Shown here: positions 22,044 through 30,260 of the stretch, in pieces | How positions within the stretch are numbered: the stretch's first letter is position 1 | How the letters are laid out: each line of letters opens with the position of its first letter | Source of the DNA: Planctomycetales bacterium | Lineage (GTDB): Bacteria > 4484-113 > JAFGCY01 | Direction: 5' to 3' | NCBI GenBank assembly: GCA_022646745.1 | Contig: CP060262.1 | Span: 1,800,001 to 1,832,000, forward strand | Length of the DNA: 32,000 nucleotides | Program-made: the position numbers and the translations under genes | Notes under the pieces: model-generated | Told to the model about the DNA's origin: nothing | The model's input: only the letters and a program-made list of their open reading frames with translations | Database searches by the model: none

Positions 22044-22742
22044 ATGCAGATTCGCAGGGCAGCGCACAGGGGCCATGCCGACCACGGCTGGCTGAAGACC
22101 TGGCATACATTCTCGTTCGCCTCCTACCACGACCCGCAGTGGGTGCAGCATGGGGGCCTGCGTGTGCTCAATGACGACCTGATCGCCCCGCACAGCGGCT
22201 TCCCGACCCATCCGCACCACGAGATGGAGATCATCACCTACCCGGTGGCGGGCGAGCTGACCCACACCGACAGCATGGGGCACAGCCAGAAGATCCGACC
22301 TGGTGTGGTGCAGGTGATGAGCGCAGGCACCGGCTTGACGCATGGCGAGTTCAACCGTGGCGATGCAACGGCGCGCATCATCCAGTGCTGGATCATCCCC
22401 AATGAGCGCGGGCTCAGGCCGCGCTACAGCCAGAAGCAGTTCGACCCGGCGGAGCGTGTCAACCACCTGCGGCCGCTGGTCAGTGGCGATGGCCGCGAGG
22501 GCACGCTGGTGATCGGTGCCGATGCATTGCTCAGTGAGTCCCTGCTGGAGCCGGGGCACAGCCTCAGCATGCAGCTTGGTTCCGGCAGGCTGGGCTGGCT
22601 GCAGATAGTCAGTGGATCATTGCTGGCCAACGGCGATGAACTGGCGACGGGTGACGGCCTGGCATTGTCAGCCGGGGAAACGCTGGAACTTGCGGCCCAT
22701 GAGGCGGATGCGCAACTGCTGTTCTTCGACCTGGCGGGCTGA
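22044..22742 (+). CDS. yhhW: Pirin family protein, YhhW type (quercetin 2,3-dioxygenase-like)
   Basis: The start is MQIRRAAHRGHADHGWLKTWHTFSFASY, after a GGAGG SD. The protein is collinear with E. coli YhhW: RGHANHGWL..WHTFSFA, THPHxxMEIxTY, and MSAGTG.xH.E.N. Confidence 0.9.
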   Translation: MQIRRAAHRGHADHGWLKTWHTFSFASYHDPQWVQHGGLRVLNDDLIAPHSGFPTHPHHEMEIITYPVAGELTHTDSMGHSQKIRPGVVQVMSAGTGLTHGEFNRGDATARIIQCWIIPNERGLRPRYSQKQFDPAERVNHLRPLVSGDGREGTLVIGADALLSESLLEPGHSLSMQLGSGRLGWLQIVSGSLLANGDELATGDGLALSAGETLELAAHEADAQLLFFDLAG

Positions 22743-22744
22743 GC

Positions 22745-23254
22745 CTACTTGGCCTTGGCCCAGTCCTGGTCAATGTCCTTGTTCTTGTAGATGTCACGAA
22801 ACAGCTTGATGTTGCCATTATGGGCTACGCCGGCATGTTCCAGCCCGGCCGATTCCTCCTGGCCTTCCTGAGTGTCATCATGCTCAGCTCCGCCGGCCGC
22901 CGGTTCCTCCGACTCAGAGTAATCCAGTGACTTCTCCAGGGAGCCAAAGCAGCGCAGGAGGCCGCTGAGCTTGAGGGTGTAGATGGTCTGCATCACTGCG
23001 GCACGGGGCCTTGCGAAGCGGATGCTGCCGCCATCCCCGGAAATCCGCCTGTGCAGGCTCATCAGCGCACCGATGGCGGCGCTGTCTATGAAGTTCAGTT
23101 CCTCAGCATCAATCACAATGTGCCTGCAGTCGCTCACATTGATTGAGTTGTCAACGAGCGATATGAAGTCGGTCACGTTGAAGAAGCTGATTTCGCCGAT
23201 GGTCCTGACGACCAGCGCTTCGTTTTCAGTATGTGTTTCCATCCGGAGGTTCAT
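22745..23254 (-). CDS. STAS-domain protein (anti-sigma-factor antagonist-like) with an acidic C-terminal extension
   Basis: It contains NFIDSAAIGAL, the SpoIIAA/RsbV-type D-S phospho-acceptor context, plus an alpha/beta STAS pattern. An AGAGG SD is present. Confidence 0.8.
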   Translation of the reverse strand: MNLRMETHTENEALVVRTIGEISFFNVTDFISLVDNSINVSDCRHIVIDAEELNFIDSAAIGALMSLHRRISGDGGSIRFARPRAAVMQTIYTLKLSGLLRCFGSLEKSLDYSESEEPAAGGAEHDDTQEGQEESAGLEHAGVAHNGNIKLFRDIYKNKDIDQDWAKAK

Positions 23255-23374
23255 GGTCGGCCTCTAATGCGAACAGGTTCGCAGGATGATAACCGCTTCT
23301 TGCCGCAGCGGGATTAAGGATGGATGGAATGCAGGTGTATGTGTTGCCAAATCAGGCAGTGCCGGACCGCCCGC

Positions 23375-23710
23375 TCAGTTCGGGCGGATCGCTTCCTCGA
23401 GGGTGCCGTAGCTCGGGAGGACTGCTTCGAGGTGGATACGGTGCAGCGCGTTGACAATCCCGGGGTGCGGATTGACCAGCCGCAGGTAGCCGCCTTCATC
23501 CATCAGCTGGCGCGCCTTGCTGACCAGTGCACCGAAGGCGGCGGAGTCGATCATCGGCACCTGCCCCGCATTCAGTGCCACGCGTGTGATCTGGTAGCTT
23601 CGCCGCGACTGGTCGATCTCGTTGATAACCTGGCCAACATTGAAGAAGGTGATGTCGCCCACGACTTCCAGCATCAGCAGGTCACCATCAACTCTTGAAC
23701 TCATCTCCAT
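23375..23710 (-). CDS. STAS-domain protein (anti-sigma-factor antagonist-like)
   Basis: It contains MIDSAAFGAL. I took the start at MEMSSRV (23710), not the track start at 23758, which would overlap the upstream gene. Confidence 0.75.
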   Translation of the reverse strand: MEMSSRVDGDLLMLEVVGDITFFNVGQVINEIDQSRRSYQITRVALNAGQVPMIDSAAFGALVSKARQLMDEGGYLRLVNPHPGIVNALHRIHLEAVLPSYGTLEEAIRPN

Positions 23711-23726
23711 TGCGCCTATCACCGGT

Positions 23727-24113
23727 TTATAGCTCAATCGCACGTTGCCCCCTGCCACCGTTCAGCGGACGGAGCGGCAGGCTGTCCTCACTGGCTTCAG
23801 CCAGTGAATCGTAAACACGCAGGGTCTCGTCCAGGTGCAGCTGCTGCAGGGCGCTCAGGATATGCGGACGCAGGCCGATGAAGCAGATCCGGCCACCGTC
23901 TTCCAGCAGGCCTGCATGTGCCTTGATCAGCATGCCGAAGGCCGCTGAGTCGATCAGGCTGACATCATCGCCGTACAGCACGACCTGGCGCGCGGAATTC
24001 TCGCCCCATGCCCGGGTGATGCCTTCCACCAGGCGCGAAACGTTGAACATCGTGAGGTCGCCACTGATCCTGAACAGCAGGCTGCCGCCGGCTGCTTCAT
24101 AGCTGTAGTTCAT
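23727..24113 (-). CDS. STAS-domain protein (anti-sigma-factor antagonist-like)
   Basis: It contains LIDSAAFGML and begins with the typical N-terminal beta strands, LLFRISGDLTMFNV. Confidence 0.8.
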   Translation of the reverse strand: MNYSYEAAGGSLLFRISGDLTMFNVSRLVEGITRAWGENSARQVVLYGDDVSLIDSAAFGMLIKAHAGLLEDGGRICFIGLRPHILSALQQLHLDETLRVYDSLAEASEDSLPLRPLNGGRGQRAIEL

Positions 24114-24224
24114 GATCCAACTTCTAGTAATCCGGAAACACCCGGATTTGGTCTGACTGCTAAAGCTTACAGGAATGGACCAGCCGCAGTGGCCATTAAA
24201 TGTAGTTATATGGTTAAATCCGCG

Positions 24225-24725
24225 TTAACCGTTCTGTCCGGAATCCTCGGAAGGCGCATCAGCACTGCCTTCTTTCGTGGTTGGATCAGCCTCGGTATCA
24301 TTTCCTTTCGCTGGGCTGTCCGTTGCTGCCGCCTCTTCCGCGGCGGCCTTTTCGGCCATTGCCGCCTCAGCTTCGGGGCTGCCAACCCGGCCGGGCACGG
24401 TGAAGCCAAGGCTTTCGATCTCCGCTGTAATCTGCTGCTCGCTGACCTTTGCCGGGTCAAAGCTGGCATCCACCACACCGGTCTCGAAATTGGCGCTGAC
24501 CGCACTCACGCCTTCCATCTTCGCCACGGTGCCCTGGATGGACTGTACGCAGTTGTCGCAGTGCATGCCGATCACCTGCAGCTGCACGGACTGGCTGGCT
24601 GTACGGGAAGCGGGAGTTGTTTCGCCGTTGTAGCCGGCACTCTCGCCAGCTGGCTTGTTGCAGGCACTGAGGGCCAGCAGGCAGAGCAAGGTGGCCCCTG
24701 CCATCAGCTTGTTGAATCTGAGCAT
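24225..24725 (-). CDS. Lipoprotein with a heavy-metal-associated (HMA, CopZ-like) domain
   Basis: The signal and lipobox are LLCLLALSAC. The HMA motif is VIGMHCDNCVQSIQGTV (M-x-C-x-x-C). The tail is low-complexity Ala/Glu-rich. Confidence 0.8.
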   Translation of the reverse strand: MLRFNKLMAGATLLCLLALSACNKPAGESAGYNGETTPASRTASQSVQLQVIGMHCDNCVQSIQGTVAKMEGVSAVSANFETGVVDASFDPAKVSEQQITAEIESLGFTVPGRVGSPEAEAAMAEKAAAEEAAATDSPAKGNDTEADPTTKEGSADAPSEDSGQNG

Positions 24726-24739
24726 CTTCTAATCCTTCA

Positions 24740-24785
24740 GAAGCAGCTGCTTCAGGGATGTTATATCCCCTGAACGGTATGCCAA
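24740..24785 (-). promoter_or_regulatory. Candidate promoter plus 14-bp perfect palindrome (operator or 5' hairpin) of the HMA lipoprotein gene
   Basis: On the minus strand: TTGGCA (complement of 24780-24785), 16 nt, then TAACAT (complement of 24758-24763). The palindrome GAAGCAGCTGCTTC (24740-24753) covers the predicted +1 region, ~15 nt before the ATG. Confidence 0.3.
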
Positions 24786-25166
24786 GCCTGTAGTGGCGGA
24801 GCTGATTGCGCATTCCGGCCCGGTCTGCCCTGTTATCGTGAATGGAATTGTGTTAAAAACTAGTACGGCTTTGTACATTCATTCATTGACTGAATGGAGC
24901 CGGCTGAAATCCGACACCAGGCATCCGGAAAGGCTGAATCCGGGGGTTTGGTACAGGCAGGAATGCCTGGGCGACTTTGGGAGGTAATGATTGGGGGCCT
25001 GAACAGATGCTCGGACGCAGCCACGCTGTGCATCGGTACCGTGTATCTGCAGGAAACTGATTGACTGACCGAGTCGAACTGGTGGTCGTCGAGGCATTCC
25101 TGCCGCCTTTCCCGACACTTGCGGACTGGCTGGATGCCGCCTGCGGCGTCCTGCGGATGCTATGCT

Positions 25167-26462
25167 ATGCGCGTGGCAAGCATCATCGTGCGGGGCAGCG
25201 GCCCCCTCCATGGCACAGTCAGCGCTTCGGGCAGCAAGAATGCCGCACTGCCGATAATCGCCGCCTGCCTGCTCAATGACCGTCCCATTCGCCTGCATAA
25301 CGTGCCTGCACTGCAGGACGTGCGCATCATGCGCGAAGTTCTGGCGAGCCTCGGCGCAAGCTGCAGCGGTCCGGACAGCGATGGTGGCATGCAGGTGGAT
25401 GCCGCCCGAGTGAACCGCACTGATCCCCCCTATGAGCTCGTCAACCGCATGCGTGCGAGCTTCGTCACACTGGGCCCGCTGCTGGCCCGCTTCGGTCATG
25501 CTGAAGTACCGCTGCCCGGCGGCTGCCAGATCGGCGCCCGCCCGGTCGGTGAGCATATCGCAGCCATGAAGGCCCTTGGGGCAGACATCAGCCAGGAGGC
25601 GGGTAAGATCGTGGCTCGCGCAGAGCGCCTGCGTGGTGCGGAGGTCTTCCTGAGCATCGCCAGCGTCGGCGCCACCCAGAACGCGCTGATGGCCGCCGCA
25701 CTGGCCGATGGCGACAGCACGATCCACAATGCCGCGCTGGAGCCTGAAGTGGTGGAGGTCTGCCACTTCCTCAGTGCGATGGGCGTGGAAATCGAAGGCA
25801 CCGGCAGCAGCATCATCCATGTGCACGGCCGTCCCTCCATCTCCTGCGAGCTGGACTACAGCGTGATCCCGGACCGCATCGAGGCCGGCACCTACCTGCT
25901 GGCGATCGCCGGCAGCGGTGGCAGCGGCAAGGTTTGCAACATCGTGCCGGAGCACCTCGAGGCCCTCACCATCAAGATGCGCGAAATGGGCATCACGGTG
26001 GAGGAAGGGGAGGACTGCATCCATGTGGCTGGCCCGGAAGTGCTGCAGCCGACTGACATCCGTACCGGCTCCCATCCCGGCTTCCCGACCGACCTGCAGC
26101 CGCAGGTCTCCGTGCTGCTGACACTAGCCGATGGCGTCAGCCAGGTCAGCGAAACGGTGTTTGAGCGCCGCATGGGCCACTTCCCCGAATTGACGCGCAT
26201 GGGTGCCAGGGTCAAGACCGCCAATGGCAATGCGGTGATCCAGGGCCGCCCGGGTTGCCTGAGCGGTGTGCAGGTGGATGCCTTCGACCTGCGCGGGGCG
26301 GCGGCGATGGTGCTGGCCGGCCTGTTCGCGGAGGGCGAGACCATCATCAGCGGACTGGACTTCATCCGCCGCGGCTATGAGAACATGCCCGGCAAGTTCG
26401 CCACACTCGGCGGCTTCGTGCACTTCTCCGACGAAGTCACGATGGAAATGCTCTCCCAGTAG
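25167..26462 (+). CDS. murA: UDP-N-acetylglucosamine 1-carboxyvinyltransferase MurA
   Basis: The match is full length: SGSKNAALPIIAA, the active-site LPGGCQIGARPV (Cys), FPTDLQPQ and GAAAMVLAGL. An alternative GTG start at 25173 lies 6 nt after TGcTATGCT. It gives MASIIVRG, the same N-terminal length as E. coli MDKFRVQG. Confidence 0.95.
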   Translation: MRVASIIVRGSGPLHGTVSASGSKNAALPIIAACLLNDRPIRLHNVPALQDVRIMREVLASLGASCSGPDSDGGMQVDAARVNRTDPPYELVNRMRASFVTLGPLLARFGHAEVPLPGGCQIGARPVGEHIAAMKALGADISQEAGKIVARAERLRGAEVFLSIASVGATQNALMAAALADGDSTIHNAALEPEVVEVCHFLSAMGVEIEGTGSSIIHVHGRPSISCELDYSVIPDRIEAGTYLLAIAGSGGSGKVCNIVPEHLEALTIKMREMGITVEEGEDCIHVAGPEVLQPTDIRTGSHPGFPTDLQPQVSVLLTLADGVSQVSETVFERRMGHFPELTRMGARVKTANGNAVIQGRPGCLSGVQVDAFDLRGAAAMVLAGLFAEGETIISGLDFIRRGYENMPGKFATLGGFVHFSDEVTMEMLSQ

Positions 26463-26951
26463 TCAGCGGCCCGCCAGCTGCTCCAGCCTGCTGAAGTGCA
26501 GGCTGCCCTTCGCATCCCGGTACAGCTCAGCATTGCCACTACGCATCATCTCCTCCTGCAGCAGCAGCTTTTGCCCGTCCGGCATTGTCAGCCAGACCCA
26601 GGCCAGCATCCGCCCGTGCTTGTCCTCGGGTTTGCTGGGCTCGACCTCCAGCTCGATGCGCTGCGCCTCCTCCAAGAGTGTCGCTGCCTGCAGGCCGCTG
26701 GCGAAGAAGGCCGCGCTGCCGGATTCAGGGGCGTCGATGCCCACGAAGCGCACCTTGATCTCGTTGCCTGAGCGGTCCGTGAACCAGGCGGTGTCGCCAT
26801 CAACCGTCTTCTGGAGCTTCACCTCGATGCGGCCTGTGGTGGACGGGCCACCGATCGGCAGTACGCGGCTGGCCATGAAACCACCCAGCAGCAGCACGCC
26901 GAATACTACGAGGCGCAGCCAGCCCAGTGCCCTGTTGCCGCGGCCTTTCAT
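26463..26951 (-). CDS. Membrane-anchored or secreted thermonuclease (SNase-like) family nuclease
   Basis: The start is at MKGRGNRALGWLRLVVFGVLLLGGFMA, in an ATGA overlap with the upstream stop. SNase motifs are VDGDTAWF...VRFVGIDAPE and DKHGRMLAWVW. Confidence 0.8.
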   Translation of the reverse strand: MKGRGNRALGWLRLVVFGVLLLGGFMASRVLPIGGPSTTGRIEVKLQKTVDGDTAWFTDRSGNEIKVRFVGIDAPESGSAAFFASGLQAATLLEEAQRIELEVEPSKPEDKHGRMLAWVWLTMPDGQKLLLQEEMMRSGNAELYRDAKGSLHFSRLEQLAGR

Positions 26952-27961
26952 TGCTTGCCAGGCTGCGAACTTGCAACCGGGCTGTCTTCCAGCAGCCAGC
27001 AGGCCGCACTGTGCCTGTTGTCGCCAAAGTGCGGTGGATACTGCGTCTGGCAGGGCGCTATCGCGGAATCGCAGCGCGGGCAGAATCTGCAACCGGGCGG
27101 GAAGCTGCCGGGCTGCGGCGGGGAGCCGGGGATGCTCGTCAGCTTGCTGCCGTCGCCACTGAGGGTCGGCAGGCTCTCAAGCAGGCCACGGCTGTAGGGA
27201 TGGCGCGGATTGTCAAAGAATTCCTTCACCGGCGCCTGCTCCACGATCCGCCCGGCGTACATCACCATCACACGGTCACAGACCTGCGCCACCACCCCGA
27301 GGTCATGCGTGATGAACAGGATCGCCAGTCCCCGCTCGCGCCTGAGCTTGCCAAGTTCCCGGAGGATCTGGGCCTGTACGGTGACATCCAATGCGGTGGT
27401 CGGTTCGTCGGCAATCAGCATGCGTGGCTCCCCGGCCAGTGTCATCGCGAGGATCACGCGCTGTCGCAGGCCGCCGGACAGCTGGTGCGGGTACTGCCGT
27501 GCGCGCTGCTCCGGCTGGGGCACACCGACACTGTCCAGCAGTTCGACGGTGCGCTCGAACGCGGCCTGGCCCTTCAGCCCGCAGTGCCGTGCCAGTACCT
27601 CGCCGATCTGGTAGTCAACGCGGAACAGCGGGTTCAGGCAGGACAGCGGGTCCTGGAACACCATCCCGATCTCCCCGCCACGTACGCTCGTCAGCTCGCG
27701 CTCGCTCATCTTCAGCAGCTCGCGGGACTGTTCGCCCTCCGGCTGCCAGCGCACGCTGCCCTCGATCTTCACACCGGGGATCTCGCGCGTCAGCCCGATC
27801 AGGGTCTGGCTGGTGAGTGACTTGCCGCTGCCGCTTTCGCCAACGAGGCCGACGCACTCGCCGGGGCTCAGGCTGAAGCTCACACCGTCCACCGGCCGGG
27901 CGGGACCGCCCTGGGCCGGGATGCTGAGCCGCAGGTCTTTGACTTCAATGATCGCGGACAC
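26948..27961 (-). CDS. Oligopeptide/dipeptide-type ABC transporter ATP-binding protein (OppD/DppD family), with no permease or SBP gene nearby
   Basis: Walker A is GESGSGKS, the signature is LSGGLRQRV, and Walker B is LIADEPTTALD. The C-terminal oligopeptide-ABC extension is HPYSRGLL...PPGCRFCPRC. The GTG start is 6 nt after TATACT (complement of 27968-27973). Confidence 0.9.
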   Translation of the reverse strand: MSAIIEVKDLRLSIPAQGGPARPVDGVSFSLSPGECVGLVGESGSGKSLTSQTLIGLTREIPGVKIEGSVRWQPEGEQSRELLKMSERELTSVRGGEIGMVFQDPLSCLNPLFRVDYQIGEVLARHCGLKGQAAFERTVELLDSVGVPQPEQRARQYPHQLSGGLRQRVILAMTLAGEPRMLIADEPTTALDVTVQAQILRELGKLRRERGLAILFITHDLGVVAQVCDRVMVMYAGRIVEQAPVKEFFDNPRHPYSRGLLESLPTLSGDGSKLTSIPGSPPQPGSFPPGCRFCPRCDSAIAPCQTQYPPHFGDNRHSAACWLLEDSPVASSQPGKQ

Positions 27962-27967
27962 GGCGTA

Positions 27968-27989
27968 AGTATACGTTAAATGGCATAAT
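27968..27989. promoter_or_regulatory. Back-to-back -10 hexamers in a 34-bp divergent intergenic region (leaderless-type promoters)
   Basis: On the minus strand, TATACT is followed by 6 nt and GTG at 27961. On the plus strand, tgGCATAAT (hexamer 27984-27989) is followed by 6 nt and GTG at 27996. Neither side has an SD. Confidence 0.45.
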
Positions 27990-27995
27990 GTAACT

Positions 27996-30260
27996 GTGAC
28001 CCTAAGAACGCTGTTCGTCAGCCTGCTGCTTATCGTGTTGCTGGCAGCGACGGCCTGGGCACAGGAGACCGGCTATTCCGTGGCGGAGGGGAACACCATT
28101 GAGGGCCGCCTGGAACGTGGTGAACTGAAACCGGGGGAGCTCCGGTTCACCTCATATATCGGCTACCGCGATGAGCTGCACGACATGGCCTATGCCTTCC
28201 CGATCGGCAATGCCGCACTGGGTCGGGCCTGGGCCACGGGGGATGAGCTCAAGTGGCAGGTTGCGCACGGCTACTCCATCGTGCCCGTGCTCGTCGACTT
28301 TGAGCACCGCCAGGCCAGCGCGCAGCGCGTGCGCGTCGAGGTTGATTCAACCCACCCCTATGCCCGCGAGGAACTGCAGAGCTTCGCCGAGGACAGCCCG
28401 GAAGCGCTCAGCCGCCAGTTCGCGGTGTTCAGTGGCGAATTGCTGGTGCCGCCCTCGGTGCCGACCGAATTCGTGATCACCCCGCGCTATATCCCGGATG
28501 TCCAGCCTGGGCGACCTGTCAACATGCGCGTCCGCGTATACATGAATGACCAGCTGCTGGAAAGCATGGAACTGGACGTGACGGTGCTCGATCCGGCGAA
28601 CCTGTATTACCTGCAGCTGGATGGCCCGCCGCAGGAGCCCGAGGCAATCTCGATCAACCAGGGAAATGAACTCGGCCTTGGCGGGGCACGGCGCGTGAAC
28701 CTCGACCCATCCGTACTGAGCACGCGGCTGTACGGCATCCCGATCCAGCGCCGGGTGTTCACGGCCGCCCCGCTGGCGGCGCGGGACTTCGCCTTCGCCT
28801 GTGCCGATGCGCAGGCCGTGGCCGGCTGGCCGGAGGAGGAGCAGCAGGCACTGGAGCAGTTCATGTTGGCCGGCGGCCGGCTCTGCCTCTACAACATGGA
28901 CCGGCCCTGGCGCGATTTTGCCAATACTTCAGACAGCAACGTCGGGCGCGGCTACCTGCTGGCTGTAAGCGGTGACTATGACGCAGCCAAGCAGGCGATG
29001 CGCGACTGGGTCTCCGGCGAGCTGGAGGAATTCGTGCTGCTCTGCGGCGGGCAGGTGCGCGGTTACCGCGTGCCCGGCCAGGCCGGCAACTCCGTGCTTG
29101 GCAACCTCGGTCTGGACCTGTCAGCAGTATATGGGGCCGACGAACTGACCGGCACCCTGCCGGCGGACCGTCCCGGCTGGCTGCACCCGATCTGGCTCTA
29201 CCGTGAGATCGCGAGTGATTCCGCGATTGAACCATGGGACTTCCCGGAGTACCAGCTGAGGCGTCCGCGCAGCAGCGGGCAACTCACCAACAGGCTGGCA
29301 CTGGCCAACGTGCTGGACAGCCGTGGACGCGGGCAGGCGGCGCTGCTGGATGCGGCCGTGCCCAAGCGGCCCTTCCCCTGGGCGCTCTGCCTCGGTGTGC
29401 TGCTGTCCAGCCTGGCAATGCTCACCCTCGCCAGGACCCGCCGCCGCAAGCAGTACATGCTGGTATCCGCCACTGTTGTCCTGCTGCTGGCCGGCTGGCT
29501 GCTGGTCCGGCCGCTGGAATTCCAGCCGGTGCGGCTGTTGCTGATGGACCGCGATGTGCGGGCGGACGTTGCCAGTTCCCGCCGCCTGAGCGTGCTGCTC
29601 AGTGACTCTGCCGGGCGCAGTGAACTGCACATGCCACCCGGCGCCCTGATCCGCCGGGTGGACTGGACCCCACCGGGCACCTTTGCCCAGAGCCGGGAGC
29701 GAAATTTCTCCCAGTACCGGGGCCGGAGCCATGCGGAAGGCGTCAACCTGTATGTTGATGCGGAGGAGCCGGACCCGCCGGCCTTCCCGGTTGATGTGCA
29801 GCTTGTCAACGAGGAGAACCGCACGCGCATCATGCTCGATCCCACCGGTCTGGCCGAGGGGCAGGGCTGCGTGCTGCAGACCCCGCTCGGTTACCAGCTG
29901 ATCCACGGCGGGGACGGGCCGCTGGTGGTGGTCGTGAGCCATGCCAGCCTGCCGATGCAGCCCGGGCTGGCGCGCATCCGCCGCATGCGGGAGATCCATG
30001 AGAGCAGCGGTGGCAACCCGAACATCGCGATGTTTGACAGCATGCTGGCCAGCATGCGCGCTGAACTGCGCCGCAGCTACGGATCGGGCCTGCCCGGCAT
30101 CTGCTGGGACGGACTGCTGCGCCAGCCCAACCGCCTGATCGGTGCCAACCAGAACCAGGCGGTGCTGATGGTGGTTGACAACGAGGCCCGGCCGGATGAA
30201 AACGGGGTGCAGCAGATCACGGTGCAGCGCATGTGCCTGCCGCTCGGGGGAGGGGCCTGA
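27996..30260 (+). CDS. Large secreted and membrane-spanning hypothetical protein (754 aa)
   Basis: GTG start. The signal peptide is LFVSLLLIVLLAATAWA. Two central TM segments, WALCLGVLLSSLAMLTL and LVSATVVLLLAGWLLV, split two large soluble parts. I could assign no family. The stretch ...QFMLAGGRLCLYN only loosely recalls GATase1-like membrane proteins. Confidence 0.75.
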   Translation: MTLRTLFVSLLLIVLLAATAWAQETGYSVAEGNTIEGRLERGELKPGELRFTSYIGYRDELHDMAYAFPIGNAALGRAWATGDELKWQVAHGYSIVPVLVDFEHRQASAQRVRVEVDSTHPYAREELQSFAEDSPEALSRQFAVFSGELLVPPSVPTEFVITPRYIPDVQPGRPVNMRVRVYMNDQLLESMELDVTVLDPANLYYLQLDGPPQEPEAISINQGNELGLGGARRVNLDPSVLSTRLYGIPIQRRVFTAAPLAARDFAFACADAQAVAGWPEEEQQALEQFMLAGGRLCLYNMDRPWRDFANTSDSNVGRGYLLAVSGDYDAAKQAMRDWVSGELEEFVLLCGGQVRGYRVPGQAGNSVLGNLGLDLSAVYGADELTGTLPADRPGWLHPIWLYREIASDSAIEPWDFPEYQLRRPRSSGQLTNRLALANVLDSRGRGQAALLDAAVPKRPFPWALCLGVLLSSLAMLTLARTRRRKQYMLVSATVVLLLAGWLLVRPLEFQPVRLLLMDRDVRADVASSRRLSVLLSDSAGRSELHMPPGALIRRVDWTPPGTFAQSRERNFSQYRGRSHAEGVNLYVDAEEPDPPAFPVDVQLVNEENRTRIMLDPTGLAEGQGCVLQTPLGYQLIHGGDGPLVVVVSHASLPMQPGLARIRRMREIHESSGGNPNIAMFDSMLASMRAELRRSYGSGLPGICWDGLLRQPNRLIGANQNQAVLMVVDNEARPDENGVQQITVQRMCLPLGGGA

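Noticed and set aside
26463-27961. An ATPase-plus-nuclease two-gene operon as an anti-phage defence system (PARIS-, Septu- or OLD-like logic).
   Set aside because: The ATPase is a canonical OppD/DppD transport NBD with the oligopeptide C-terminal extension, not an AAA15/OLD/SMC-type ATPase. The nuclease has an N-terminal membrane or secretion signal, so it would act outside the cytoplasm.
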